A stretch of 64,000 nucleotides of DNA from Anthoceros angustus (GCA_010909165.1 VJWM01000205.1:62001-126000); one strand, 5' to 3'. Counted from the stretch's first letter, positions 1 through 11,586 are shown. Numbers and translations: made by a program. Notes: generated by a model from the letters alone, not told the origin.

Positions 1-64
1 CTTCATTGAGCAGGTCAGGTACTTGAGAGACGAATTGCTTAGTGCTAAATGAGACGATGTCCAG

Positions 65-1706
65 ATGACCATGAATTGGAAATTCAATCTATACCGAGTC
101 TTGGGCTTGATTGAGGACGACGGAGGTCGGGAAGACGATGTGTACAAGCAGAATAAGGTGGACAATCGAACCCACATCTTATGCATTGCCAAACAATGGG
201 GGAAGGTTTGGAAGAATGTGGATCGAATATTTTCAAAATGGGAGGCTGGAGAATTGCCGAGCAGAAAAACATGTTCTCGCCGAACAAGTAAGAAGGGCAA
301 AGGCAAACGGAAGGTACAAGAGGAGGCTAAGGTTGTTGACATCGCACGTCAAGGATATGCTAGCAAAGCCGTGGAAATCGCTCCAAGGATTCCATGGAGA
401 GTGCGGCCGGATACTCATGACGAGAAGGTGTTGTATTATCGACCTAAAAGGTATGGATTACGGAAGAAGTTTCATGTTATACAAGTGGCTATGGTAAAAC
501 ACTTGGGCTGCTCATCATTCAAGAGGTTAGGTGGAATATCCTTTGCATTCGACCGAAATGATAGCTCGGTTCGACGGCATTGGGAAGGTGTGCCATACTA
601 CCCATCGTTTAATTCTCTCATATGTCTGTTTCAAACCCTAACCTTCTTGCGCTGGCCGAGGCCACTTCCACATGTGATGTGGGGACCGAGCCTTCACGGG
701 CCGGCCGCCTTCGATCCACTCCATAGAACTCAAGGGAGGCGCCGGCCGGCCTCACCATGCCTTTGAGATCTACGAGTGCATAATGTCATTGCATTGGTAT
801 GCACTTATACTCTTTTGCCCTGCGAAGAATTGAAGGATATAGACAACTTGCAGAAAATGCCGGAGGACTTCAAAATTTCATTTTCGAGATCAATAATTGG
901 AAGAGTTTGGAAGACGAGCTGCGGGCTGTATACAGATCTTCATGAAGGGCTGCACATTTTTACTGTTCCTGTGACTGAGAAGGAGGTTCATTACCAAGTG
1001 GAGAAGCGAGATATTCTGGAGATGCGGGGCTACCTTCGGGTGAGGAGGTACACACTATTAGTCATGGATGTGCCCAGGCTTTGATATTGGGCCTATGGAC
1101 AAACGGATGGATGCGACTATGTTGAGTACAATTTTCAACAGTTTTCATGAGAAAACCACCGGCGAAGACTTCCGCATGATTGTCATGCATGGAGTGGAGG
1201 AAGCCCACACAGTACGGGAATCGATGCGCAGGTGGTGTAAGAAGGGTGGCCTGGTGTCTTTCGTGTGGGATAAAACCAACATGAGCAATGATAGGGGCGG
1301 ATTTGAAATAGTGGAGTATGTGACTGTCGGATGGGGCTTGAAGGATGGGTGTTCAAAGGATAGAGCTCTGATGATGCCGAATGCCATGCATGGCACTTTC
1401 AACAATGGGAGGTCCGTCATAGGACATGACACTGTGGTAAAGAAGCATGTGTACTTGTCCCATGACAAGTTGGTGGTATGCCCATACCAAAGGCCTCTTG
1501 GGCTGATGATGAAATTAATCAAGACCTTCTCAAAAGAAGGGGACTAGGTGGTGGACGCATGCTCCGGAAGTGGCACAACGGTACTAGCAGCCTTGCTATG
1601 TGGAAAAAACTGCATCGCCATCGAAGCAGACTTACGGTGTGCTGGATACATCCCCCAGCGCATCCACGGATACGAGGTTCTCCCGGATGCTGAACACATG
1701 TCATAA
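65..1706 (+). pseudogene. Disrupted multi-domain gene ending in a beta-class amino (N4-cytosine/N6-adenine) DNA methyltransferase domain; probably transposon cargo; may begin left of the window
   Basis: Joining frames 776-1075 and 1077-1706 gives HYQVEKRDILEM..YTLLVMDVP(x)GF (motif IV-like, frameshift at ~1076) ... CPYQRPLGLMMKLIKTFSKEGD*VVDACSGSGTTVLAALLCGKNCIAIEADLRCAGYI (motifs X-I-II, in-frame TAG at 1545-1547, end TAA 1704-1706). Motif IV before motif I is the beta-class order. Upstream ORF 65-766 is assumed to be the same gene (inference). Confidence 0.75.
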
Positions 1707-1843
1707 TGAAGTTGATGTCTGGAATCCTAATACATTGGAACCGGTTACTCATGCGGCTATTCAGGTCTTGGGGCAATAAGCGGAATCTAAAACTACAAGC
1801 GAATAAGGTGGACAATCGGACCCACATCTTATGCATTGCCAAA
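143..1843 (+). repeat. ~50-bp direct repeat pair (143-193 and 1794-1843) bracketing the MTase region
   Basis: TACAAGC(A)GAATAAGGTGGACAATCG(A/G)ACCCACATCTTATGCATTGCCAAA occurs twice with one indel and one mismatch; both copies translate as NKVDNRTHILCIAK. Confidence 0.9.
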
Positions 1844-2137
1844 AGCTATTCTCACCCAAAGCGTTGTCATCGTTGTTCACCTCCGCTTGGACCTGGCGGC
1901 GTGGGAGGTTGCCATATGATATCGGCTTGTAGTCCTTCCTAACAGCGGGTCTTCATCCTCCTGGCACTCAAAGAAACAACTTGGGCCTTTGAACAAACCT
2001 TTTCACTTATACAAACCTCCTTTGCCCAGAACTGCGAAGGGCCTTTGCGATGGGGCTCGAAGGTAAGATGTCTATCGGTGCCATTTGGCAATGTGCACAT
2101 TTAAAAACGTCCGTCTTGCACTATCATGGCTTCATCT

Positions 2138-2159
2138 AGGCGCCGGCCAGCCGGCGCCT
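2138..2159. repeat. GC-rich hairpin AGGCGCCGGC-CA-GCCGGCGCCT
   Basis: Perfect 10-bp arms with a 2-nt loop, read directly. Confidence 0.9.
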
Positions 2160-2344
2160 GCACCTGTTGTCTCGCTGTGTTTATGCCTCAATTGTGTTGT
2201 TCATGACTTAGTCAGGGGCCAAGAATGGTCCATTGTAAGGAGACTGTGATTGCTTTGCGTGATTTAGGTACCGAGTGGGTTCCGTCAAAGGGGTTCTGCA
2301 ACACCGAAAGGGGGTTCGTATATTAACCTCCTTACAGAATTACC

Positions 2345-2910
2345 ATGTTTGCTCCTTCTTTGCGAGTGCGGCTCTGCCCTCGATGATTCTGGGGTATACC
2401 TTGCTCGTTGTCCCCACGGGGGTCATCGCATTGCCATTCATGACGCCATCCGCGATGTCATGTTCGCCATTGCTCGCGAAATCGGCTACATGGCCTGGAG
2501 GGAGTGGGCGTATACTCTCCGTACATGTCGTTCAAACAGGGCTGACCTGTACCTTGGTTTCGGTGGCAGATGTGGTGGTTACCGATCCTACACGTGACAC
2601 CATCTCCGCTCAGGTCATCACTAACCGTCCAGGTTGGGCTGCTCCTAGAGCAACGGCTCTCAAGGTCCGCAAATATAGCAAGATGCAAGCGGGCCACCTC
2701 TTTATCCCGCTTGCACTAAAAACGTACGGGGCAATGGCTGAGGACTTTGACAAATTTCTCAAGTCCTGTGCCAAAGCTTACCATGCGCGCAGACACGGTG
2801 CGGGGCTGTCTCTCTTGTACTTCACAGCATACTTCCGACAACGAGTTTCAATTGCCCTTCAACGGGCGCTCTCAACGGTGGTCCTCCGCAAGGCGGCGAC
2901 AGTAGGTGAC
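2345..2910 (+). mobile_element. 3' fragment of a CRE-like non-LTR retrotransposon (zinc knuckle plus restriction-like endonuclease domain), frameshifted
   Basis: CECGSALDDSGVYLARCPHGG..IHDAIRDVM..GY..WRE..RADL, then after a frameshift near 2550 ADVVVTDP..KVRKY..FIPLALKTYG..FL..RQRVSIALQRA. This matches the CxC..C..RHD / PD..D..K..KY / F.P.A.ET.G / QR.S..LQR pattern of REL-type LINE C-termini. Confidence 0.7.
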
Positions 2911-3372
2911 GCATCTTCCGCTACCTCCGTGGTTTGCAGGCCGTTTATTCTTCCTAATACGATAATATTCATTCCGGCGGAATATACATCAACCGGCTTT
3001 TGATGTGAATATACGCGAAACTGAATTTTTGATGGGCATTGAAATGCCATATTTGAGCATACCCTGCAGAAGAAGGCACACAATTAGGGTGTCGTATAGA
3101 AGTTTATATCTTTTAGCGGCCCACAGTGGTAGACGAAGGGTTCCTCCTATAGGACAACCATTGTTTTCGATGGAAATGATGCCCGTGTTGTTAGTGCATG
3201 CGATTCGTTAAACAACAATAAATGAACATGGACGACTATCTCTGCAGCAGCATCGAAGGGAATGCATATGGCTATTTCTATATTCGTACTATACATCCAT
3301 TCCAAACATGGTCGACGTCATTATGCACAACAGCCGAGGATATGAAGACCCTAAACATACCGTAAGTGACAC

Positions 3373-3450
3373 ACTTGGGCGCCGGCATGCCGGCGCCCAA
3401 GTCATGCCCTATGGCTACGTGCCTTGGGCACTGGCATGCCAACGCCCAAG
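3373..3450. repeat. Perfect 30-bp palindrome plus an adjacent decayed copy
   Basis: ACTTGGGCGCCGGCATGCCGGCGCCCAAGT (3373-3402) equals its own reverse complement; CTTGGGCACTGGCATGCCAACGCCCAAG (3423-3450) differs only by C>T/G>A transitions. Confidence 0.9.
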
Positions 3451-3821
3451 ATTCATGGTCTTTGGCAATGACTGTTGGACGTCGGACAGACACCCTCCTT
3501 CTGCTAAGAAAACACACGTGAGCTTTGTGTTTCCTTTGTGTCCCACACACAAAACGCGTGTTTTGTGTGTTGGACACCATCTTTGTGAGCGACCAAGGCT
3601 GCGTTGTCATCGGAAGTGTCAAAAGTGGTGTGTTCTTTCTCATTCTCTTGCACAAGCAAGCGACACATGGCCTAATGTATGTAAGTCATAATGTGCATGG
3701 GTGCATGACAAGTGGTTGTAAGCTAAGCGCAGGAGCAGGTGCTTTTGAAGTGCCGTGTTTAATGTGAATTAGTGACTGGACAAAAACTACCAAGCGGCGA
3801 CAACTTTCTCAGAACCGGCGT

Positions 3822-3884
3822 TGTTTATTCCACCAGAATGAATATTATCGTGTTTATTCCACCAGAATGAATATTATCGTGTTT
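3822..3884. repeat. 29-bp tandem duplication
   Basis: TGTTTATTCCACCAGAATGAATATTATCG x2 plus a partial third unit. Confidence 0.9.
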
Positions 3885-4112
3885 CCTTCATATGACATTG
3901 TGGGTGCACTAGGTGACTTCAAGTAGGGAGCTCAATTGCTCCTCTCCACCTCAACCCCCTGGTCCCCTTTGGTTGTCCCCTCTTGGATGGGCTTTTCCCA
4001 TTGTTTTTTCACCTCAATAAAAAATTTTCTCTTCGAAGAGTGTCCCCTTTTGTAAGAATGTCAATGTGCGTAGCCACCTCTTGTAAGAACCCTACGGTGT
4101 TCTTTATGAGTA

Positions 4113-4350
4113 AAACCCTTATGTGGGGCTTCAACGTACACTGTGAAAGGACTTTGACGTATAATATGAAACCCTTCTATGGAGCTTTGACGTACACTGT
4201 GAAAGGACTTTGACGTATACTATGAAACTCTTTTGTGGGGTTTCGATGTAGACTCTGTGAGGCTTTGATGTACATTTTGTGAGGCTTGCATGTACACTCT
4301 TTGAAGCTTAGATGTACATTGTGAAACCCTTATGTGGGGCTTTGATGTAC
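4113..4350. repeat. Degenerate minisatellite (~56-bp unit built from ~20-bp subunits)
   Basis: Recurrent AAACCCTT(A)TGTGGGGCTT and CTTTGA(C/T)GTACACTGTGA blocks. Confidence 0.7.
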
Positions 4351-5579
4351 ACTTTGATATATCTTTAAAATCTTTAAAATTGTGATTAATATTATCATTA
4401 TTTATTAAATATTTATTCTAAATCACCTATAACACCTAAGGTATCATGACCGAAGGAATAGAAAGGCCTAAATACTCTTGGGGCCATTGAAGATAGCTAA
4501 AGTGAAGTGTAGCACCTAAGGTAGTATGGTTACGAAGCAGAAAGAGCCTACATTTATGAAGGCATCAATATCATAAGCATACCTAATAAAAGAAGTAAAA
4601 GTTTATGGAGCCTTGTTTATTGATTAAGTAGACTTTTTCTTCTTCTACACTATCTTCAAAAAGAGAAACAAAGATGCTACAAGGAGTTTGACTTTCTACT
4701 TTTCCCTTCATTCCTTGCTCTCTGTTTGTCTCTCTCTCTCTTAATATAATCTACATCTTTGTTTGCTTCCACTTGGAGACTTGGAAGACCAATGATACAT
4801 GGGAGTTGAACTGGATGATGATAACTTCTACTCTTTTGCTGCAAGTTCAACCTCCTCACTTGCAAGCGCATAAGTTATATTGTTCAACCCTGGATAGAGT
4901 TCTTACGCTTGAAGCAACAAGCCTTTTGCTTCTTCAGGATCGTTTTTTTGTCCATTTTGTTTGAGCAAGTTTAACCAATCTATGAAATTTATTTTCCATG
5001 TTGTCCATAATCCCAACCCAATCAAATAAATCCAAGTAAAAATAAATGCATCCTCCCAACCCAATTAATCAAACCCACAGCAAATACTGGTCAAAGAGCA
5101 AGGAGGGAGGGAAGAGCAAGGATGAGTGCATGTGTGGATGAACAAATTTTAGAGTATGGGAGCCTTTTAAATGCTAGACAAAAATTCTCTTATAAGTACT
5201 TGCACTTACTTTATTATATTTAACTGGGTTTCTTTAATCATATATGTGCATAGTAGGACATGACAAGCTTTCTAAAACGTCTTGTTCTTATTACTATTTA
5301 TAGGTTATAAATCAAAATTAAAATTAAAATTAAAGCTATATTTTATTATCATATGAATTTTACCACTTGCTAAACATAGAAGATCTTCTTTCGCTCTAGA
5401 GGCAAGTTGTTGATGAGCTTAGCCTTGGCGGCTACCCTAGATTCACATCCAACTTCCAAGGAAATTCCTCTCTCACGCCTGTGAAGAAGGAAAAGAGACA
5501 GCCATACACTGAAATATTAGGCTTAAACCCGAAACCCCGTACAACAAATAAAAAGGCCCTAAACCCTGTAGAACAGATT

Positions 5580-5665
5580 AAATTGTTTCATATGGGTTCA
5601 CGAGTCTCCGTGGTAGCGGCAGACGAAATTGTTTCATATGAGTTCACGAGTCTCCGTGGTAGCGG
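5580..5665. repeat. 46-bp-period tandem duplication
   Basis: AAATTGTTTCATATG(G/A)GTTCACGAGTCTCCGTGGTAGCGG x2. Confidence 0.85.
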
Positions 5666-6346
5666 TATCTCACCAAATCATTTTTATGGAATGCGCAGAT
5701 GCACATAGTCTTGTCTGACAATCGGGATGTCCTTTTGACCGGGGGAAGTGGAACCTCACAATGGTATCTTCCTCTCAACACATACTAGTTCCAAACTCCA
5801 AGTAGCCCACCGTCGGAGCACAACTGAATGACTTGTTCGCCCCAATGGCTGACAGCTGCCAACTATTGGTGCTTCCACGTCATACTGGAATGTACACTGA
5901 GGGCGTCCGACAGACAAGGTGGGCTTGAAAAGTCGAAAGCACTTCATTCGGCCCATCCTGCAGCACCTACACATGATGCAGCCTTTCTGCAACCTCTTCC
6001 GTCTGAAAATTTGGAAGCCGTGCCGGATGCTCACAGAAAAATGTTTCATTTATCTCAACCTGTGCTGTACAGGATATCACTGGATGTCCAAAGCAGGACT
6101 CTTAAGTCCTAAGGTTTCATCCCTGTTCATCAATTTTGGGAAAGTTTCATCCCTATTAAAAGGGATTTTCTCGCAACTCAGGAACGCTAGCGGTGCTCAT
6201 CAACTTCAAGCACCCCCAGCGAGCTCAGATGACCCACAGATCGAAGAGCCCCTCTCCACATGACATAGCAGCATTTCGTTAGAGACCACTTTCTACAAGC
6301 TCTTTCAGGTTGGCTGGAGACGAGAATGACTCTGTCAGCAGAAACG

Positions 6347-8067
6347 CTACGAAGTAGGAACCTGCTGCTGCAGCAGCAGCAGCAGCCGGCTAAGCTCCTT
6401 CTTGTTCACCTTCCCCATGGCGTTCCTCGGCAGCTGCTCCCACTGCCTCAACTGATTCGGAATCTTGTAAGGCGCCATCTTCGCAGCGGCCCACTGCGCC
6501 AATTCCTGCAGAGTAATCGGCACGTCCGCCACCAACACCACGCAAATACTCTCCCCGTAATCCTTGTCCGGCAGCCCCACCACAGCACACTCCCGAACAC
6601 TAGGATGCTCCAGCAGCACCGCCTCGATCTCCAGCGCCGAAAGCTTATACCCCCCAGACTTGATAATATCCACACTAGTCCTACCCAGAATCTTCACATA
6701 CCCATCCTCCTCCACCGACACACTATCCCCGGTCCGAAAAAACCCATCCTGCGTGAACGACTCCGCGGTCACCTTCGGCTGCCGCCAGTAGCTCTGAAAC
6801 ATGGACGGGCTCTTCACGCAAAGCTCATCGCCCTCCTCCAAAACCCTCGTCTCCACCCCCGGCAGCGCCGTCCCCACGTACCCCGCGCGCCGCTCCCCGC
6901 GCACGGGGTTGCTCAGCGCCATCCCGAACTCCGTCATCCCGTACCGCTCCAGCAGCGTGTGCCCCGTGAGCTGCCGCCACCGCTCCATCACCGGCTGCGG
7001 GAGCGCGGAAGAGCCGCACATCATGAGCCGCAGCCGGCTCGCCCCGTGCGCGCTCGCGGTCCTCGTCTCCTCGTCCATGGCGTCGTACCCCTGCAGCAGC
7101 CGCACGTAGATCGTCGGCACGCCCGTAAACATCGTCACCGCCCCGGCAGCCGGGGCCAGCCCTGGCCCCGGATACGACTCCCGCCACCGCCGCCACACCC
7201 CGCTGGTGCTGAACTTGGGAAGCATCTCCACCGCCGCGCCCACGTAGAGCGGGGCCAGCAGCGCGTTGATCAATCCATGCACATGGTGCAAGGGCAGGCA
7301 GTGCAGCATCCTGTCCTGCGCCGAGTACTCCCACTGCTGCGCCAGAACCCTGGCCTGCCACGCCAGGCCCGCGTGCGTGTGCACCACCCCTTGGGCCGTC
7401 CTGTCGTCCCGCTCGTGTAGATGATGAGAGCCGCCTTCTCCCCGACCTGCGGCAACCCTGCTCCAGCCCTGGGTCCCGTCCCGCCCCCCCCGTCCTGCGC
7501 CAGGTCCCACAGCAGGAGCTTGGCGGAGCACTTCTCCGCCACCGGGCGGAGCAAGGGCTCGAACTCCCGGGGAGCCAGCACCACGGTGATGTCCGCATCC
7601 GAGAGCACGTGCACCAGCTCCGCCTCCGGGTAGCTGAGGGCGAGGGGCACGGCCACCGCGCCCGCCATCCAGGCGGCCCAAAGCCCGGCCACGAACTCGA
7701 AGCCGGGCTTGGCCATGACCCCGACGCGGGCGCCGCCCTCGGCCCCGGCAGCGGCCAGGTCCGCGGCCAGGGCGGAGGCGGATCGGAGGAGCTGGCCGTA
7801 GGTGTGGGAGCCCTGGGTGGTGACCAGGGCCACGGAGCTGTGCGCCTTGGGCTCCGCCAGGTCCAGGCTCACCTTGAGCACGTCCGGAGTGCCGGCCGCC
7901 GCCATGGCCGTGGCCGCACGGTGCACCATCTTGCGGAGGCGGAGGGAGCTCAGGCCGGGGCCACGGAGGAAGATGCTGCTCCTGCAATGGCTCCTGCTGC
8001 TGATGCTGGTCTTGGAGAAGGAGAGGGCGCAGGGATCCGCACGCAAAGAAGCGTGCGCTGTCGCCAT
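6347..8067 (-). CDS. AAE13: Malonyl-CoA synthetase / acyl-activating enzyme 13-like (ANL adenylate-forming family); single -1 frameshift at ~7387-7390; start codon uncertain (in-frame ATGs at 8163, 8067 and two further downstream)
   Basis: N-half from ORF 7270-8445 (RVGVMAKPGFEFVAGLWAAW..AVPLALSYPEAEL..IIYTSGTTGRPKG) and C-half from ORF 6347-7987 (GVVHTH..LHCLPLHHVHGLINALLAPLY..FTGVPTIY..LLERYGMTE..GFFRTGD..LGRTSVDIIKSGGYKLSALEIE..LPRNAMGKVNKKEL). The halves join if the C4 run at 7387-7390 is C5. Stop TAG at 6347-6349. Confidence 0.9.
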
Positions 8068-8647
8068 TGTAGCCGCATAATTAGGGATGCCACAGAAGAG
8101 AGCCGAGGCGAGGAGACCGCACGCGTGCCTGCTCACCGACCCCTCTCCCCAGGCTGCAATCATCGATGGCTTCCGCCACCTTCCCAGGAGAGAGAGAGTG
8201 AGCCGCACGCCCTTGCCCCCGCTCCCGCCCCGGCGTCTGGACTCTGGAAGCCGCTCCTGCATAAACACATTATTGTAATGAACAGTAAGGTAGTGTAATT
8301 CGTCCGTACGTAATTCTAGGTCCGCTCTGCCCGGTTTCTGTCCGACGAGTCGTGCATCGTGAGAGCTTTGTGGAGGGAGTGATGCCGGCGCGGAGAGTAG
8401 CTGCGCGAGGAGGCGTGAACTCCGAGCTGCTGCATCTGAGTGCAAGTCCGATCCTTGATCTTTGGACTTGGACTCGGGTGCTGCAGCTCAGGGTTTGTGA
8501 AGTGGTGGTGTCTTTTGATGCAGGCGTGGATAGCGCTTTCTTGGCATGCCTGCGAGGTGGCGCTGCCGTTGCCGTTGCCGGGACGATGAGTGACGTGGAG
8601 GTCGAGTGAGGCCCTTCCGCAACTCGGATGTGATGTGGAGGATTTGC

Positions 8648-8655
8648 TAGGGTTT
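8648..8655 (-). promoter_or_regulatory. Telo-box (AAACCCTA) upstream of AAE13
   Basis: TAGGGTTT on the + strand, about 500-600 bp upstream of the candidate starts; function inferred from the known plant promoter motif. Confidence 0.4.
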
Positions 8656-9594
8656 TCTCCGATTGTTGACTATGTAGAACAAATTTCCTTCGTGGCTGCT
8701 ATGCCTTTCTTGGGATCTTTGCTCTGGGAGCTCTTGGATTGAAGCCCGCTTTGCCTGCCTGCCTGGTTCTCTAGGTCAGACAGGTTCTCAGCTGCCGGTG
8801 CGCGCGTACCGCCCGCCACTTCCTAGGCTTTCTTGTGCCTTTCAATTGCGCGGCCAGGGTTTTCTACCAGGGCGGGAAGATTGGCCTGTAACCTGTTGCC
8901 CGTCTGCTTGTTGGCACGGACCTACCATACCGTACGTAATACCCAGCATGTTTGCGCTCCCATGCATGTAATTTTTCTTCATCAATTCGCCTTTCCCTCA
9001 TGGGAAACCCCTCTTCGCGAATGTCAGACTTAGTAGCCGTTAGAAATAAGCAGTAGTTATTGCATAGGGCAACCTTTAGAGAAATCTGAGGAGTAATAAT
9101 TGGGTGTCTCGATGGAGAACTCATTTGCTTAGAAATCGTTTGGCGTAGGAACTACTGTACCTTGTACCTCGTAAGGAAACGAATGGAGAAATCTCGGATT
9201 GGTAACTACCTATGATGAGGGGGAACCTTAACTAGCTGCCCACAAATTAGTAACTACGAGGGGATCGTTGAAAGAAAAAGAGATTAGTAACCACCTTTGA
9301 TCCGGGAGGAACCCTTCAAAGGAATATCTAGGTTATTAGCTATCCAGAAATTAGTAATTACTTCATTGGGAACCCTTAAAAAGAAATCTTAGCCTAAGGG
9401 AGAACGACCCTTTGAGGCCCAAAGAGGGCGAGTTTGTAGTGCTCGTACAAATTCTTATGGAGTGTTGTGTATGACATATGGTTGGAGGAAGGTCTTATCA
9501 GAGGTTTTCCTTTTAGTCTAAGGCCATAGCCTAAAGGGTGTTGAAGACTACACGTAACAAAGGTTAGCCTAGATTCAATGGCATGTTCCTTCGA

Positions 9595-9770
9595 TGAAGT
9601 TGTCTTACATGAGATTGCTCTATGTGACTTTTTCCCTGAAGTTGTCTTAAATGGGAGTGCTGTATGAGATTGTATCCTTGAAGTTGTTTTACATGAGATT
9701 GTTTCCCTAAAGTTGTCTTGTTTGATATTGCTCTATGCAATTGTTTCGTAAAATTCTTGCTTCTTTAGAA
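9595..9770. repeat. Degenerate minisatellite
   Basis: Repeated GAAGTTGTCTTA(C)ATGAGATTG / CTCTATG blocks. Confidence 0.6.
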
Positions 9771-10959
9771 TGACATCATTCTAGGCTGTGTGCTATTTGC
9801 AAGGCATGTATCATGTTGTGTCAGTTGTGTTGTAAGCGGTGTTATTCTGGAGGTATTGTCCAATACTTGTAGCTGATTTTAGAACAAAGTTTTTTTCATT
9901 CAAATTTTTGTTATGTGTCAGGATATGAATAACAACAAGATATGGATACTTCTCAACGACAAATCAATTTATTTATGTTGGCTATGGGCCACAAGTTTAA
10001 TCCGTCACCGTGCCTCAACTGCAAAGTGAAACTCTCAACGGCGGATTAATGTTCCTTGTGGACATATAGTTTTTTGTGACTATAGTGTGTATCAAGTCAA
10101 CATTTGTTATTTTTGTGGTCGGGTCATTGAAACTTCTTACTATCCAATGGATTCATCTCCTATGTCGCCTCCGGTGCCCGAGGCTGGAGTATCTCGGGTA
10201 CCTTTTGTGGCACAAGGGACATCATAGCCGCAAGAGGTGCCAGAGCATATAGAGGTTGGTTGAGCAAAAATGAGTGTGTTAATTAAAAAAATTCTTGATG
10301 CTGGGCATAATTTGAAAAAAAAATGGATCAGTTTGATTTTTATTAAAGTTATTCCTAAACAATCAATAAGATGATGTTTGGTTGAATAAGACTCAAATAC
10401 ACTAGAAAAAACGTATTATAGAGATCTTACTTAAGATATATTATGAAGATATTACTAATGTTAGATTTCCATGTAACTCGGAACATGTCACATAGAAGAC
10501 AAACATTAATTCTGTTTTGTTGGTTCACGTCTCCAAACATGGAGTTTTGCTAGGTCTAATTTTGGATATACTCCATTGTTTCCAACATAGACGATGACAC
10601 AGACACAACTAGAGTGACCAACATATTTTTAATCATTGGGGTGCAAATTGATTTTATTTATACGCAACAATCAGCCTTCTAGGTAGTTGTAGAAAGTTCG
10701 CATGCATCCCCTAAAAAAGAAGTCCGAAAACAAGATGCCAAGGTTGCATGCAAACTATTGAATATTATATTATACCTGAGAACTTCATAAGTGGAAGAGA
10801 TGGGTAACATATGTGATTGGAACATATTTTTACTCTGTAGAAAAAACTTACTTTGATTCATAAAATTGAACACATTAAATTTACCTAGTTATATTCAGAA
10901 AAAATACCTTAAAGTTCTCCTTATGTCCAATGGACAAAATTTATGTGGATTGTGCAGTT

Positions 10960-11280
10960 ATAGACATAATAAATTGAAGACTTTATGATGAAAAAGAGAT
11001 GGAAAACCCATCTACCCTGAGAGAAGGGGGAACAACCCTTAGGAAGGCACGAGACCATGGGGGACTAACCCCCATTGTTGCCGTTATAGACATCAGCAAA
11101 TGTGAAGATAGGAAAATCAAACTTCATTGGAGACTTTATTATGAAAAAGAGATGGGAAAACCCATCTACCCCAAGAGAAGGGGGAACAATGCTTGGGAGG
11201 GCATCAGACCATGGGGACTAACCCTGTTGTCGCCGTTATAGACATTAGCAAATGTGAACATAGGAAAATCAAACTTCATA
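10960..11280. repeat. ~153-bp tandem duplication (two diverged copies plus a partial)
   Basis: AGACTTTAT(G/T)ATGAAAAAGAGATGG..CCCATCTACCC..GAGAAGGGGGAACAA..GACCATGGGGACTAACCC..GCCGTTATAGACAT..GGAAAATCAAACTTCAT at ~10979 and ~11132. Confidence 0.85.
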
Positions 11281-11518
11281 GTGCTTGTATGGAGTGCAAG
11301 ACATAAGGTGGTTGTTTTTAATAACTCTTGTCTCATAAAAAAATAAAATAAACTATTATAATATAAAAATATGTCTTGAATCAAGAAATAATTAGTTTAG
11401 TCACATGGCATAGGAAATAAAATATATTATGACAATGTACAAATGTATCTTGAATCAGAAAATAATTAATATAATAAACAAAAAAGAAAAGAACAAAGGG
11501 ATGTAAAAAATCCATATT

Positions 11519-11586
11519 AACTCCAACAATGGGTAGATGGTGATCAGATCCATTTCAACTCCAACAATGGGTAGATAGTGATCAGA
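11519..11586. repeat. ~38-bp tandem duplication
   Basis: AACTCCAACAATGGGTAGAT(G/A)GTGATCAGATC x2. Confidence 0.85.

Noticed and set aside
2138-2175. Helitron 3' end (GC hairpin)
   Set aside because: No CTRR terminus about 10-12 nt after the hairpin on either strand.
5700-6300. Short plus-strand ORFs downstream of AAE13
   Set aside because: No recognisable motifs; consistent with 3' UTR or intergenic sequence.
6326-7420. 364-aa plus-strand ORF
   Set aside because: Antisense shadow of the GC-rich AAE13 coding strand; no recognisable domain.
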